A DNA stretch of 63,295 nucleotides, counting the filler, from Octopus bimaculoides (lineage: Eukaryota): the NCBI RefSeq assembly GCF_001194135.2. It is 3 parts of 3 records of this genome, joined end to end, with 100 filler letters (N's around TTAATTAATTAA, not from the genome) between each part and the next. Parts side by side here need not be neighbours in the genome. Positions count along the whole stretch, not along the records: positions 10,177 to 38,337 come from NC_068994.1; positions 38,438 to 63,295 come from NC_068989.1; 1 more part is not named here. One strand, 5' to 3'. Under the pieces are notes generated by a model. The model had not been told where the DNA came from. It saw nothing but the letters and a program-made list of their open reading frames with translations, and did not search any database. How positions within the stretch are numbered: the first letter of the stretch is position 1; every line of letters starts with the position of its first letter. Shown piece after piece: positions 26,935 through 38,536 of the stretch. The position numbers and the translations under genes are program-made.

Positions 26935-27864
26935 CTGGTCAATAACACAATAAGAAAACAATAAAAAACAACCAAAAGGAATATCGTAGTTCCAGTTCTA
27001 AACTCATTCCATGTCATTTTTGCCAAAAATAGAAAACATTTCCACTGGTTTATTTTAAAACAACTTACATCTGAACGTTCTATGTTTTTGTCTTCTGTTA
27101 GTTAAATCAGACTGACTGCGGTCCAGATATTGTTTTTATTTTCGAAACAGGACTCACAGACATGACCACCACTACATTTATTATTGCCCCACCATTTGCA
27201 TTGTTTGGAAATCTGTACTTAATTTCTTCACTTCGACTACAGATACTCTTGTCCCATTTTATCGGAGAAAAACCAAACCGGAGGATTACGGAATTCCATC
27301 CACTGATGATTAAGGAAACATCATCTCACATTGTTACTTCAATTCTGCTTGAGAGCATCTCTTCTTTGGAACATCAGCTTTATTCTTCAATACAAGACTT
27401 TTAGATTTCAAATNNNNNNNNNNNNNNNNNNNNNNNNNNNNNNNNNNNNNNNNNNNNNNNNNNNNNNNNNNNNNNNNNNTATACACACATACACATATAT
27501 CTAAAAACATACATATATATATATTTATATATAAGATAAGATGATGGAATTGCTTGCCATTCATAATAATTGGAAACTTGTTATCCTATATTTAAATATG
27601 TTCCACTTGCCATAAAATAGTGAAATCCAAAGAACAAAGATTCCTTCACTGCAGAAGAATTAACTGTCTCATGACACATTTTGAACTCTAAGCTAAGTTC
27701 AGTTATTTGATTTCTTCTGCTAGTCAATCATCTACAGAATAAAATCAAAGAAAACAGAGCGAGCGAGAGAGGTGGGGAGATGGAAATAAGAAAAAATGAT
27801 GACAGAAAGAGGAGGTTAACTGTGAAATTTGTTGATTCTTTATGGCTCTTTCTATTTTTTTCAG

Positions 27865-28182
27865 ATGAACCAGTGAGTTTAAATGACACATCTAGTGTCA
27901 CAAATGAGATGGAGAGTTTGACATCTACCAATAAAGACGGCGTAAACAAAACAAAGACTCAACCCAAAAACCAATACAGTAATGGCAAGTTATCTGCAAA
28001 AGGTTACACGTTGGATCAAGTCTTAGATTCAATACGTGAACTTGTACATGAACTTGAGAAATTAGAGGACTATCACCACGGAGAAGCAATGAAGCTTCAA
28101 AAGAAAATTGGAGATGCTTATTGGGATTATTATAACTGGCGCAAAGAAATCGGTGACCTACTGAGTTCCGAGGGCTATGCAG
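27865..28182 (+). CDS. Exon of a helical-repeat protein, tentatively ARM-TIR family (DEPVSLND...MESLTSTNK...LDQVLDSIRELVHELEKLEDYHHGEAMKLQKKIGDAYWDYYNWRKEIGDLLSSEGYA)
   Basis: Strong acceptor tctattttttttcag-like tract and donor AG|gtaagc. 318 nt open, non-repetitive and helical in character; phase-1 end matches the exon at 35131. The start may be the Met at about 27909. The family call rests on recalled similarity, not a search. Confidence 0.8.
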
Positions 28183-29554
28183 GTAAGCTGGTTTCTATCT
28201 TATAATCGTTTAAAGTTTCACTCTTTAGCATTCAGATTATTGGTCAGTTCACATTGATTGGTCAGTTAACAGACCAACCACATGAAACTATGGTGGTTTG
28301 TTGTAATGTTTGATCATGTATCCAAGAATCCGGTTTCAAATCCTTGTTACACCGCTACAACCACCAACTGCTATCATCCAAAATATTTGGCTTTACGCTA
28401 TTATCAGAAATCAAAATATACAAGCTTATGCGATTATCAGAAATCAAAATATACTGGCTTATGCGATTATCAGAAATCAAAATTGTGCTGGTCAGGTTTT
28501 ACTTTAAAACAAAAAAGAAACAAAAAAAGACTCAATTGTTTCTGAATGATTCTAGTTTAGCATTTCCATTTAACCAGAAATGTTTTGAAAAATGAAGATG
28601 GTATGTTACATGTTTTTTCGTTTTGTAATCAAAGCTGTATATTTAAGTGAAAACTAAACATTTTGCGGATTTTGTTGCAACAATAATGCATTGACGTAAC
28701 CGCACTGGTGCAAGTGATATACAGGCACTTAATATGGACATTTTGCTTGGTTGGAGAAGAGAATGTTTACCTAGCATGTCATAACATTTACTCAAGTGTT
28801 TATGATACACATTCGTAACAGTGTAACCACTTGCGTACGCCCACACACACACACACACAAACACTCGTATAGGCACATACACTCGTATATACACATACAC
28901 TCTTTCTTGTATGCATATACACACACACACACACTGACACACTCACATCCACACATACACATTCATATAGTCACATACACTCGAATATATATACACATAC
29001 ACACAGAGAGTCTTTCTTGTATACATACACACACCTCACATGCACACACACATCCACACACACACAGATCCACACACAAACTCATATAGGCGCATACACT
29101 CGTATATACACATACACACACACACTCTTTCTTGTATACATGCACACACACTCATATACACACACACACACACTCATATACACACACACACACACTCATA
29201 TACATATACATATACACCTACACACTCTCACATAAACACATACACTTACATACCTATTGACATAAAGATACATACATGTATGTGTATATATCTGTGTACA
29301 CGTGTGTGTGTGTGTGTATATGTATACATAGAACATATTCCTGTATACACCCATCTTAAAGGTATCTTCATATCATAACAGAAACTGAGCTCTCTTAGCT
29401 CGACATTGATGGATTAACGAATGATCATAACTTAACGAAGCAAGGTTTGTTCAGTCTGTCTCCCAATCGCCATTTAGTCTCTCACTCATTAATATCTGTT
29501 GTTAATATTGACACTCGCTCTTAAATTACTTTTATCTACAATAACATTAATCAA

Positions 29555-29630
<76 letters not shown>

Positions 29631-29946
29631 TATACCATATGAATATATATATTTATGTGTGCATGTGTATATGTATATACATGCGTGTATATATACATAC
29701 ATACATACATATATGCATATATATATATATATATATATANNNNNNNNNNNNNNNNNNNNNNNNNNNNNNNNNNNNNNNNNNNNNNNNNNNNNNNNNNNNN
29801 NNNNNNNNNNNNNNNNNNNNNNNNNNNNNNNNNNNNNNNNNNNNNNNNNNNNNNNNNNNNNNNNNNNNNNNNNNNNNNNNNNNNNNNNNNNNNNNNNNNN
29901 NNNNNNNNNNNNNNNNNNNNNNNNNNNNNNNNNNNNNNNNNNNNNN

Positions 29947-29987
<41 letters not shown>

Positions 29988-30199
29988 TTCAGGTGAATGT
30001 GGTACTGAAGTTTAGGCACCAGAATTTAGTATGGTATTATCCATAGTTTCAAAGTAAGGTGATTAAAATCAAAATAAGCAACAAGGATATCCAGAGGTAA
30101 TGCAGTAAGGATATCCAGTTACCAAAAGGTGTTCCAGTTACCAAAAGTCTGACTTAGTACAGAGTTGATGATAGTATAGAGAACAACAACAACGACAAC

Positions 30200-30287
30200 G
30201 CCATATGCCCATGGGCATATGGCATAGTGGTTAAGAGCATGGGCTACTAACCCCAAGATTCTGAGTTCGGTTCCAGGGAGTGACCCG

Positions 30288-30319
<32 letters not shown>

Positions 30320-30490
30320 TAATGATAATAATGATAATAACAATAATAATAACATTGAAAAATACCTTAGGAATGAGAACCCAGGTTCGAAATTTCCCCA
30401 AGACACCTGATGAAGGCTGGAGGGTATATCAGCCGAAATGTTGTGTTAACAACAAACAAGATATCCATCAAATGTAAATAATGTAAATAA
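30200..30490 (+). mobile_element. tRNA-derived SINE (A box TGGCATAGTGG, B box GAGTTCGGTTCC, Ser-like anticodon arm) with (AAT)n linker and Penelope-like tail
   Basis: Pol III boxes are visible. Related copies lie at 58227-58458 (-), 58555-58771 (+) and 16715-16935. Confidence 0.8.
30402..30447 (+). ncRNA. Minimal type-I hammerhead ribozyme motif
   Basis: Stem I GACAC(30402-06)/GTGTT(30443-47); core CTGATGA(30407-13) plus an extra A; stem II GGCTG/CAGCC with a 10-nt loop; GAAA(30435-38); loopless stem III; GTT cleavage triplet (30440-42). Confidence 0.7.
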
Positions 30491-31325
30491 TGAACAACGA
30501 CGATGGCAACAACAAGAACAGCAACATGCAAGGATGAAACTAACACAAGATGACAAGAACATAACATAGTTTATTCCTAGATGTACAAAGGCAGGGAAAT
30601 ATTAGTAAAACAAATAGACATGGTCATGAGATCATCTCTGTATGACGCCTACAGAGATTGACATAACACATCCGTTTAACAAAAATATATCAATTCAAAA
30701 GACTGGGTGGGAGTGGGGGGTGGCGAGACATCTCATTAAAACAAAGTTCTCACTGAAAATAATAACGGTAAAAAAATATACCTGAGAGTTAAACACTAAA
30801 CTAGATAGATTAATCATCAACAAAACGTTAGGTGGTGGCAGTGGTGGTGGGTGGCTCTGTGTTGTTTGGTGACGAGGCTTCACTTGTTCAGTCAGATGAA
30901 TTACCTGCTTCTCAATTATACCCCAGGCACAAATGGCGTACCCTGAATAGCTACCAGTGTGACGTATTGTAAGACAAGGCTGTACCTTTTCAATTACAAT
31001 TCCTCCAACCACAGGCTTCTATACAGTCTCTATTTACCCAATATCACTCAACCCCAGTCATTGTCAGACAGCTTCTAGCAACATCAGTTTTCCTCCTCCC
31101 CCGTCAAAGATGAACAAAAAACAAGCATCATTATAATATGACATAATATAACATGGTATTTTATACATACATAAAGATATATACCCTTTAAGTTCATTTA
31201 CAGGAAACATTTTTGAATATGCATAAAGAATCTCCTATTTTATTATTCCAGCTACAGCTAAATGGTACCAACTGGCAATAGCAGTTTTCTTGGGGGTTGT
31301 ACCAAACTGTGCTGATAGGATAAAT

Positions 31326-31363
<38 letters not shown>

Positions 31364-32069
31364 CCATGGATGAAATTTATAAATATTTAAATGCATTACT
31401 ACACACGTTTCCACATATCATGTTTCTTACGATAATAGTCCATATTCCTGGGAGGATTTCAGTACAGTTTCATAGTATCCATGGACATTGGGTGGATCAT
31501 ATTCATGTGGTCATTTCCTCAGGCAACATAGCATTAATGTTGGAAGCAGCGGTTGTATAACGGAGGGTTGTTCATTAATTTTGACCAATGAAAATATTGC
31601 TTGGAGTTTGTGGACAGTTCTGCATGTATTTAGTGGGGAGGGGTGGAAGGTGATGGAAAGAGAGAAAGGAATGGTACTTATAAAGGAGAAGGTGGTGTGT
31701 GTGTGTGGTGACGTTAGACTTATTTTGATATTTGAGTATGCTGATGTCATGCATGTATATCATGGGATCATGTGAACAGCCAGACTATCGGACATTGTTA
31801 TACATCGCTGGTCACAATGCGCTTTGTATCATTTTAACTTTTGAATGGTGCCACCCCACTGGATAGGGGAGCAGGCAAACATTCCTCTTGATTGGTGGGC
31901 TACTCCGTCGCAGGGTGATCCAGTTAACAGCCAAGTGGGCTGGAATAACATAAAATGAAACGTTTTACTCAAGGACACAATATCCAGCCAGTCTGGGAAT
32001 TGAAACCATGACCTTACAATCAGGAGTGCAACACACCTAACCACTAGGCCATGCACCTTTGTGTGTGTA

Positions 32070-32101
<32 letters not shown>

Positions 32102-33296
32102 TGTGTGTGTGTGTATGCTTATATATAACTTAGTCAATTATTTATGCGTGCCCAGATCTCTTGTATCACATTGTATATTGTGTATTTGTTGTTTGTAGTT
32201 TGTAGTCTTGTGCATGCTAAACTTTTCCCCAACAGCATTATCTCAGTTTACTTCTGACTCGAGAAATTTCTTTATCAAAAAGAAAAATCCCTTAAGGTTT
32301 CCGATTCACTGATTTGCCAAATAGAGCTTTTGGAATTTCTCTGTGAATAGTCATACAAAACTCATTGTGTTCATTCATCGTAGAATGTTTACAATCTTGA
32401 AAGATAACAGTGACAGTAAACTCGATCAATATTAACATTTGATAAGCCTACTTTCAATCATTACATCAGCAATGGTCTTAATTAATAAATTCTCCTTGTT
32501 CACACAAACTAATATTTTAAGAAGATGTGAATATTTACTCAATTATAGTTGTATTATTAGCAACAGCTTATGAAACACAACCCCATTGTTAAATAAATCA
32601 CCAGTTGTTTTCGATCTAAAATCATAAGTAACCTTGAGGTTATCGGGATAAAACTTTGCACTGAATGACTGAACATTTCTTCTCTGCTTATTCTCGTTGT
32701 TGATTCTTCTGCTTCGTTTTATACGCTAATCATAGCAGTTTAGGGTCTCATTAGTGGAAAGGGTTGAGAGAGAAAACCTCAAGAGAAACCAAACCACCTT
32801 CATAACATTTTTCCGTTGGCTGCGTAATTAAATTTCATGCTCACTCCTGTAATGATGTTAATTATTCACCAACAAATACTATTGATATTTTTTGCTTCTG
32901 CAAAACATTTGAGAAATGACTCACCACAAGGTGGAGCAGCTGTTGCAGTAAGTGCCACTGGCCCTTCCCCCATGGAAATACCTTTGCAATCATGTCCATG
33001 AGGTGCAGCTGATCATGCCATTTGTTCCGAGCTGTGCAACCTGAAACTCTCGGCCACCACCACCAGCTGCTGCTGCTGGCTCTGTAATTTCATACCATTT
33101 TGTTTTTTCTTTTTCTGTTTCCTTAGTGAGATAGTTAGGGGGGGGGGGGATTCTTTAATTATTTGATTTTTTATACTTTTAATGTTTGTTTTTCTTTCTT
33201 TTACTTCCTGTAAAAATGTTGATAATAAAATGTCTCTCAAGTTTTCTGTATCTCGTCTGGATACAGTTTTCATATCCTCCACTAAATGTATTCAAT

Positions 33297-33363
<67 letters not shown>

Positions 33364-33789
33364 TTCTATCTATCTGTCTATCTATCTCTATAAAGAGATA
33401 TTTGATGAAATAAGTGAAAAGAAATTTTTTAAATCTGAAAAAAAAATTCTTTTATAAAAAAAAAAAGCCACAGGTAGTCTCTCTGCCACAGGTAGCCACA
33501 GGTAGTCTCTCTGCTTCTCGCAGCAAAGGGTTTTTCCGAAGCTTTGGAATAAAACTGCTTTCCGCAGCAAATGGTCATAAACTTTTGAGTGGATTTATCC
33601 ACTTTCCACATTTGTAGGGTTAAAACCAAATGTTTGCTTGGAATCACAAATATCTTTCGGCTGGAGTACGATGACATCAAACTAGAGTACAATGACATTT
33701 AAAACAGAGTCAGTAAAAATTAATTTGATCAAGAGTAAATCACTGTCACATGATGATTAAATGAGATTATGCTCTATAAACATTATGGG

Positions 33790-34062
33790 AAATAAAATAA
33801 AACATAAATGATAAAATGAAATACAATAATGAAATAAAATAAAATAAAACATAAATAGTAAAATGAAATGAAATAATAAAATAAAATAAAATAAAACATA
33901 AATAATAAAATGAAATACAATAATAAAATAAAATAAAATAAAATAAAATAAAATAAAACATAAATAATAAAATGAAATAAAATAATAAAATAAAATAAAA
34001 CATAAATAATAAAATGAAATAAAATAATAAAATAAAATAAAACAAATACTGAAATAAAATAA
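33790..34062. repeat. (TAAAA)n-based AT-rich minisatellite
   Basis: Direct reading; recurring AAAACATAAATAATAAAATGAAATA units. Confidence 0.9.
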
Positions 34063-34273
34063 AATAATCCGTTCACCAAAAAACTCTTGAAGTAGCACCA
34101 TGGTGATGCACGAAGTATGTACTGTAGCTCCATCTTGCAGAAAGTATGCATTTATTAATTTCACTTTCAATGAGTTGGCCTACAAATGGAGAGAGACAAT
34201 ATTTGAGCAATATCTCTCAGTGTTGAGGATGTCTTCAAAAAATTCACTGCAGAGAGACCTTTTGAACACCCTG
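34063..34273 (-). mobile_element. Internally deleted mariner-like element: TIR-like end plus transposase fragment
   Basis: CAGGGTGTTCAAAAGG end followed by FFEDILNTERYC...AYFLQDGATVHTSCITMVLLQEFFGERII, the QQDGATAHT..TM.LL.E.FG.RIIS motif. Confidence 0.75.
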
Positions 34274-34602
34274 CATATACAATATATATATATACAGAAA
34301 ATAAATGCTATATATACTGTATTTTTTGGTATAGAAGTCAATGTAGCATATAGTGTGAAGAAGTAATGTAAGCAGAATGTGGGGGGGGGGGCGGATATTA
34401 ACAGAAAGTTCTGTTTCAAGCTAAGCATTAATAGTACATTTTGAAGGTTGGACATATAAATAAAATTGATGCCAAGGTGAAGCTGTGCATCCTGATGATG
34501 TAGCAGAAGATATCTCACACCAAAAAGTAATAATTGTTAGGTGATTAGGACTTCTTAAACTTCCTCTCTTGGCAGAAACTAAGTATTGCACACATTTGCA
34601 CA

Positions 34603-34649
<47 letters not shown>

Positions 34650-34754
34650 GTGTACACACACACATACAGAGTTGCATTCAATACAGAGCATGAATAATCA
34701 TTTAAGGAGTATATATACATCTGTACATGAGTGTGTGTGTGTTTGTGTGACAGC

Positions 34755-35023
34755 TAACAGTTCTCAACCATTTTCAACCCATGTCCCACCCATTTTGATC
34801 CCTATTTTGCTTATCAGACCCCAGAGCCATTCAGTTTTTTAAAAAATCCCATTATGTTTTCGTAATTAAATATTGTAACGACTTATATTTTCAAAAAATT
34901 GTTAGAATGTTTTGTGTATCTTCGAAGTACAATCAAATTATTGCACATCAATTTTAGCAACAAAATCTTATATGGACCCCCCCCCCACCAACAATCATCT
35001 GGACCCCCAGTTGAGAACCATTG
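34755..35023. mobile_element. hAT/Charlie-like MITE upstream of the 35131 exon
   Basis: Inverted ends GTTCTCAAC / GTTGAGAACCATTG. Confidence 0.6.
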
Positions 35024-35130
35024 GTGTAAGTGCATTATTGGTAGTTTGTTTGATCCAGATTAACTAAAGACAGTCGTTGACATGTAAAACTAAACATTCT
35101 CTTTCCTTTCTTTGCATGTTTTTCCGCCAG

Positions 35131-35261
35131 TTGTTTCTATGAAGATGCTCAAAGTCTTAAATACAATCGGAATCTTTAAAAACGATGAAATCTGGTTCCC
35201 AACTTATTATGCTTACAACACAATGTGGAATTTCTCTGATGCCAGCGCACAGTTAGCTCTG
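35131..35261 (+). CDS. Next exon of the same gene ((V)VSMKMLKVLNTIGIFKNDEIWFPTYYAYNTMWNFSDASAQLAL)
   Basis: Acceptor tttttccgccag, donor CTG|gtaagt. Phase 1 in joins the previous exon without a frameshift; phase 0 out. The WN(F/Y)SDAS motif resembles ARM-repeat helices in invertebrate TIR proteins (recollection). Confidence 0.82.
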
Positions 35262-35393
35262 GTAAGTTGGTTTCCAATTCTTCAGATATTTCTTTCACTC
35301 TTGGGAATCTCTCATCAATATGGCCTGAAACCTTTCAACAGTTTTGTACTTCGGTTTGTCTTATGGATTAGTTTGACAGGGAAGGGTTTAAAT

Positions 35394-35567
35394 CAGTCGT
35401 TCTCAACCTTTTTTCATATCTGGGTCAGATCCAAAAACCTGGGTTTTTTAAGGGGGCCTCACCAAAAAACAGTAAAACACAAGTCAATTAAAGAAGATTG
35501 TCGGGGGTCACCGGAAGGATGCTTGAGGGCTACATGCATCCCTGGGAGCCACGGTTGAGAACCATTG
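35394..35567. mobile_element. hAT/Charlie-like MITE with a degenerate 8-bp target-site duplication
   Basis: TIRs CAGTCGTTCTCAACC / GGTTGAGAACCATTG; flanks GTTTAAAT and CTTTAGAT match at 6 of 8 positions. Confidence 0.7.
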
Positions 35568-36581
35568 CTTTAGATGGCAGAAAGAAAGGGAAGGACAGGG
35601 TGGGGAGGGGGAAGATAATCTCATAAATTATCTTATTGGAGGTCTGGATTGGATTCTTGCACCAGATGATACTCCACTAAAGACGCCAAAGGGCAAGGTG
35701 CTGTTGAACCATGCAAAGGGTTCTAGCACTCAAAAAATAAGGATCTGCAGAATAATGGTAAATGCAATATGGTTGAGTGAATAAAGGATATTAAACTCCC
35801 TGATTATTATGGTTCTGTGTAAAGGACTTCGTTCTATATTCTCACAGTTCATTTGGCTGTCTATAACATACTAGAATATAATCGCTTTAATGCCCACTTT
35901 TCCACACTTGTAGGGGTCAGACAGAATTTGTTGAATGCCAAATATTAGCAGGTTTATAGAGCCATCAAGAGAGAATGTGCACCATTTCAGCACATTTTTT
36001 ATGGCATTTCTGTTGAATTTACTTCATATGGTAATGTCCTTCACCGCCTTCAACATGGCAAACTACAAACCCTATGATTTCTGAAAGTTGTCCCTAGTCC
36101 CTGGGTTCAAATTCTTCTGGCCTACTATTGACTCTTAGTAACATGCAAAGGTTGATGTAGCCCCATCTGCTTTGCTCAACTGATTGAGACCTGTGAGTGA
36201 CAGACACCCAAGATTCCAGATGCTCAACCTGGGTCTTCACTTGACCCAAGATGGTAGAGCTGTCAAAGAGACAAGCTGAGGAAGAACTGTACCTTACAAA
36301 TAGTGAATGCAGCATAACAGGGAGGAATCTCTGCAAATGCCATACTATCAGTGAATGCCAACGCTTCATGAGGCATGCCATGAAGAAAGTATTTTGAAAG
36401 AATTATTCATCACAGCAATATTTCTTAATACGGAATTTTACTGAAAGTTTACAATGAAAACAAGAAATTCTCACTGAGAGAAACCAAAATTCCAAATATT
36501 TATCTTGAGAAACTAAGTTTTCTCATGACATTTCAAAAACATTCGTAACTCAAATGTGTATATTCATATTTACACACTCGT

Positions 36582-36625
<44 letters not shown>

Positions 36626-37082
36626 TCACACACACATCACATAATATAGGAAGACATTATTATACACATATACATACATATATCTGTTTGCCTGTCTACA
36701 ATTTTCTCCGTATCATCTATCAGTGAATGAAAAAGAAGAAACAAATAAACCATTATCAATGGAACCAATCCACATCAAAGACAAACATTGCCAAATGTTA
36801 TTCCATTATTATTCCATTTGAAGAGTATTAAGTCTTGAGTTCTGCCAGACCCAGAGCATCTTTTCCAAAATGTCATTGAACTTTCTTATACCTTCCATAG
36901 TTCTTTGAATCTCCTAAAAATAATGGTTTTCTCCATCTTCCAACGTCAAAAGACATTGTTATCAAGTGAACAAGAGTGGCAGGTGACATGTACCAAAGGG
37001 GAGCTTCTGTGCCATTGTTCGATTCCTTGACTTGCTTGAAATAGCAACTAAGTACCTCACGAATCACAAGCTTTTATTGTTT

Positions 37083-37300
37083 TAACTCTTTAGCATTTAT
37101 ATCCAGCCCAAATATTTTACCTGGTTTTTGTTCAAATTAGCCAGATCTAGCCTCTCATACCTACCCTACAATGCCATTGTAGAAATAAACAATCACATCA
37201 TTGAAATCTTTAAGCTACAACATAATACCTGATAAATTAAAAGCAATTTGCATAAATAACCTTTACATTTGATAGAGTAATCTGAATGCTAAAGGGTCAA
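37083..37300. mobile_element. MITE with TTAA(C/T)CTTTAGCATT-type ends; a related copy lies at about 14345-14540
   Basis: Inverted ends TTAACTCTTTAGCATT / AATGCTAAAGGGTCAA; internal sequence is shared with the 14.4-kb copy in the opposite orientation. Confidence 0.6.
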
Positions 37301-38319
37301 AGTTAGATCACATTGGGTGATATAGTCCTAGATATACTGTGTTTGGATAATAGCCGTAACCATCATGTCTACATTCAAAGTTCTGCTTCATCGTGCATGG
37401 CTCGCTGCTTGCTGGAGAACAACAGAACTCAGTGTTATGAGGAAGGTTCCACACGATCTTTGGTTCTGTAGGAACTCACAGATTTATTTCATCTCTTGAA
37501 ACGTGATGGTCACAGCTGGAGTGTCTTCAGTCATATATCTACCATACCAGACCTGACTTGGGCTAAACAACAACAACAACAATCAAACTGGCACTCTGCC
37601 GGTTCCAACGATGAGTGTTCCAGTTGACCCAATCAACTGAACAGCCTGCTCAGGAAATCAACATGCAAGTGGCTGAGTACTCCAAATACAGAATGTGACG
37701 AGGCTGGCCCCTTTGAATTACAAATACAACTCATTTTTGCCAGCTGAGTGGACTGGAGCACCGTAAAATAAAGCGTCTTGCTCAAGGACACGACATGCTG
37801 CTGGGAATTGAACTCATGACCTTACAATTGAGAGCCAAATGTCCTAACCACTAAGCCATCGTGAATATTACTACAACCAGCCAACAGTGTTTCAGGGTCA
37901 ATAATATCGGTTTGGTAACACGAGCTCAAATCACACCCTACTGTTGAAAGTACTGGATATATATAATGAATACCGGTACAGCTGGGCGACAGGGGAGTAC
38001 ACATGCACCCATGCACGCATGCTAGCACACACACACACACACAGAGGCTGTGCCAGAATTCATGACTCACTTATTAGAATTCAGTTGTTGTCTTAAATTC
38101 ATGCTTATTCATTTTCTAAGCTTCCTAAATTCATGCTACGTTATATTCTAATCACCCAGAATTCATTGCTCTTTTAAAAATTACGATTTATGCATTGTTG
38201 TCTCTCAAATATTTAAAATCTACAATTAAGAGCCCTATCTACTCGCTGGCGGTACCTACCCACCACTACCCATTTTCCTTTATTCAAAAATTCTTATCGC
38301 TCCTTAAAATTATGGCTTT

Positions 38320-38337
38320 TAAGTGTTGATTTCTCAG
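38320..38337 (+). other. Probable 3' splice acceptor of the next exon of the ARM-like gene; exon lost at the scaffold spacer
   Basis: The contig ends exactly at ...gtgttgatttctcag, followed by N. No convincing phase-0 exon was found between 35262 and 38337. Confidence 0.45.
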
Positions 38338-38437
38338 NNNNNNNNNNNNNNNNNNNNNNNNNNNNNNNNNNNNNNNNNNNNTTAATTAATTAANNNNNNN
38401 NNNNNNNNNNNNNNNNNNNNNNNNNNNNNNNNNNNNN
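38338..38437. other. Artificial 100-bp scaffold spacer N44-TTAATTAATTAA-N44
   Basis: Same structure as the spacer at 10077-10176. Confidence 0.93.

Positions 38438-38536
<99 letters not shown>

Noticed and set aside
28290-28400. Minus-strand GFETG... resembling HPD GLETGS, a possible missing 5' exon or pseudogene
   Set aside because: Flanked by stops in that frame, no splice sites, and the similarity does not extend; probably chance.
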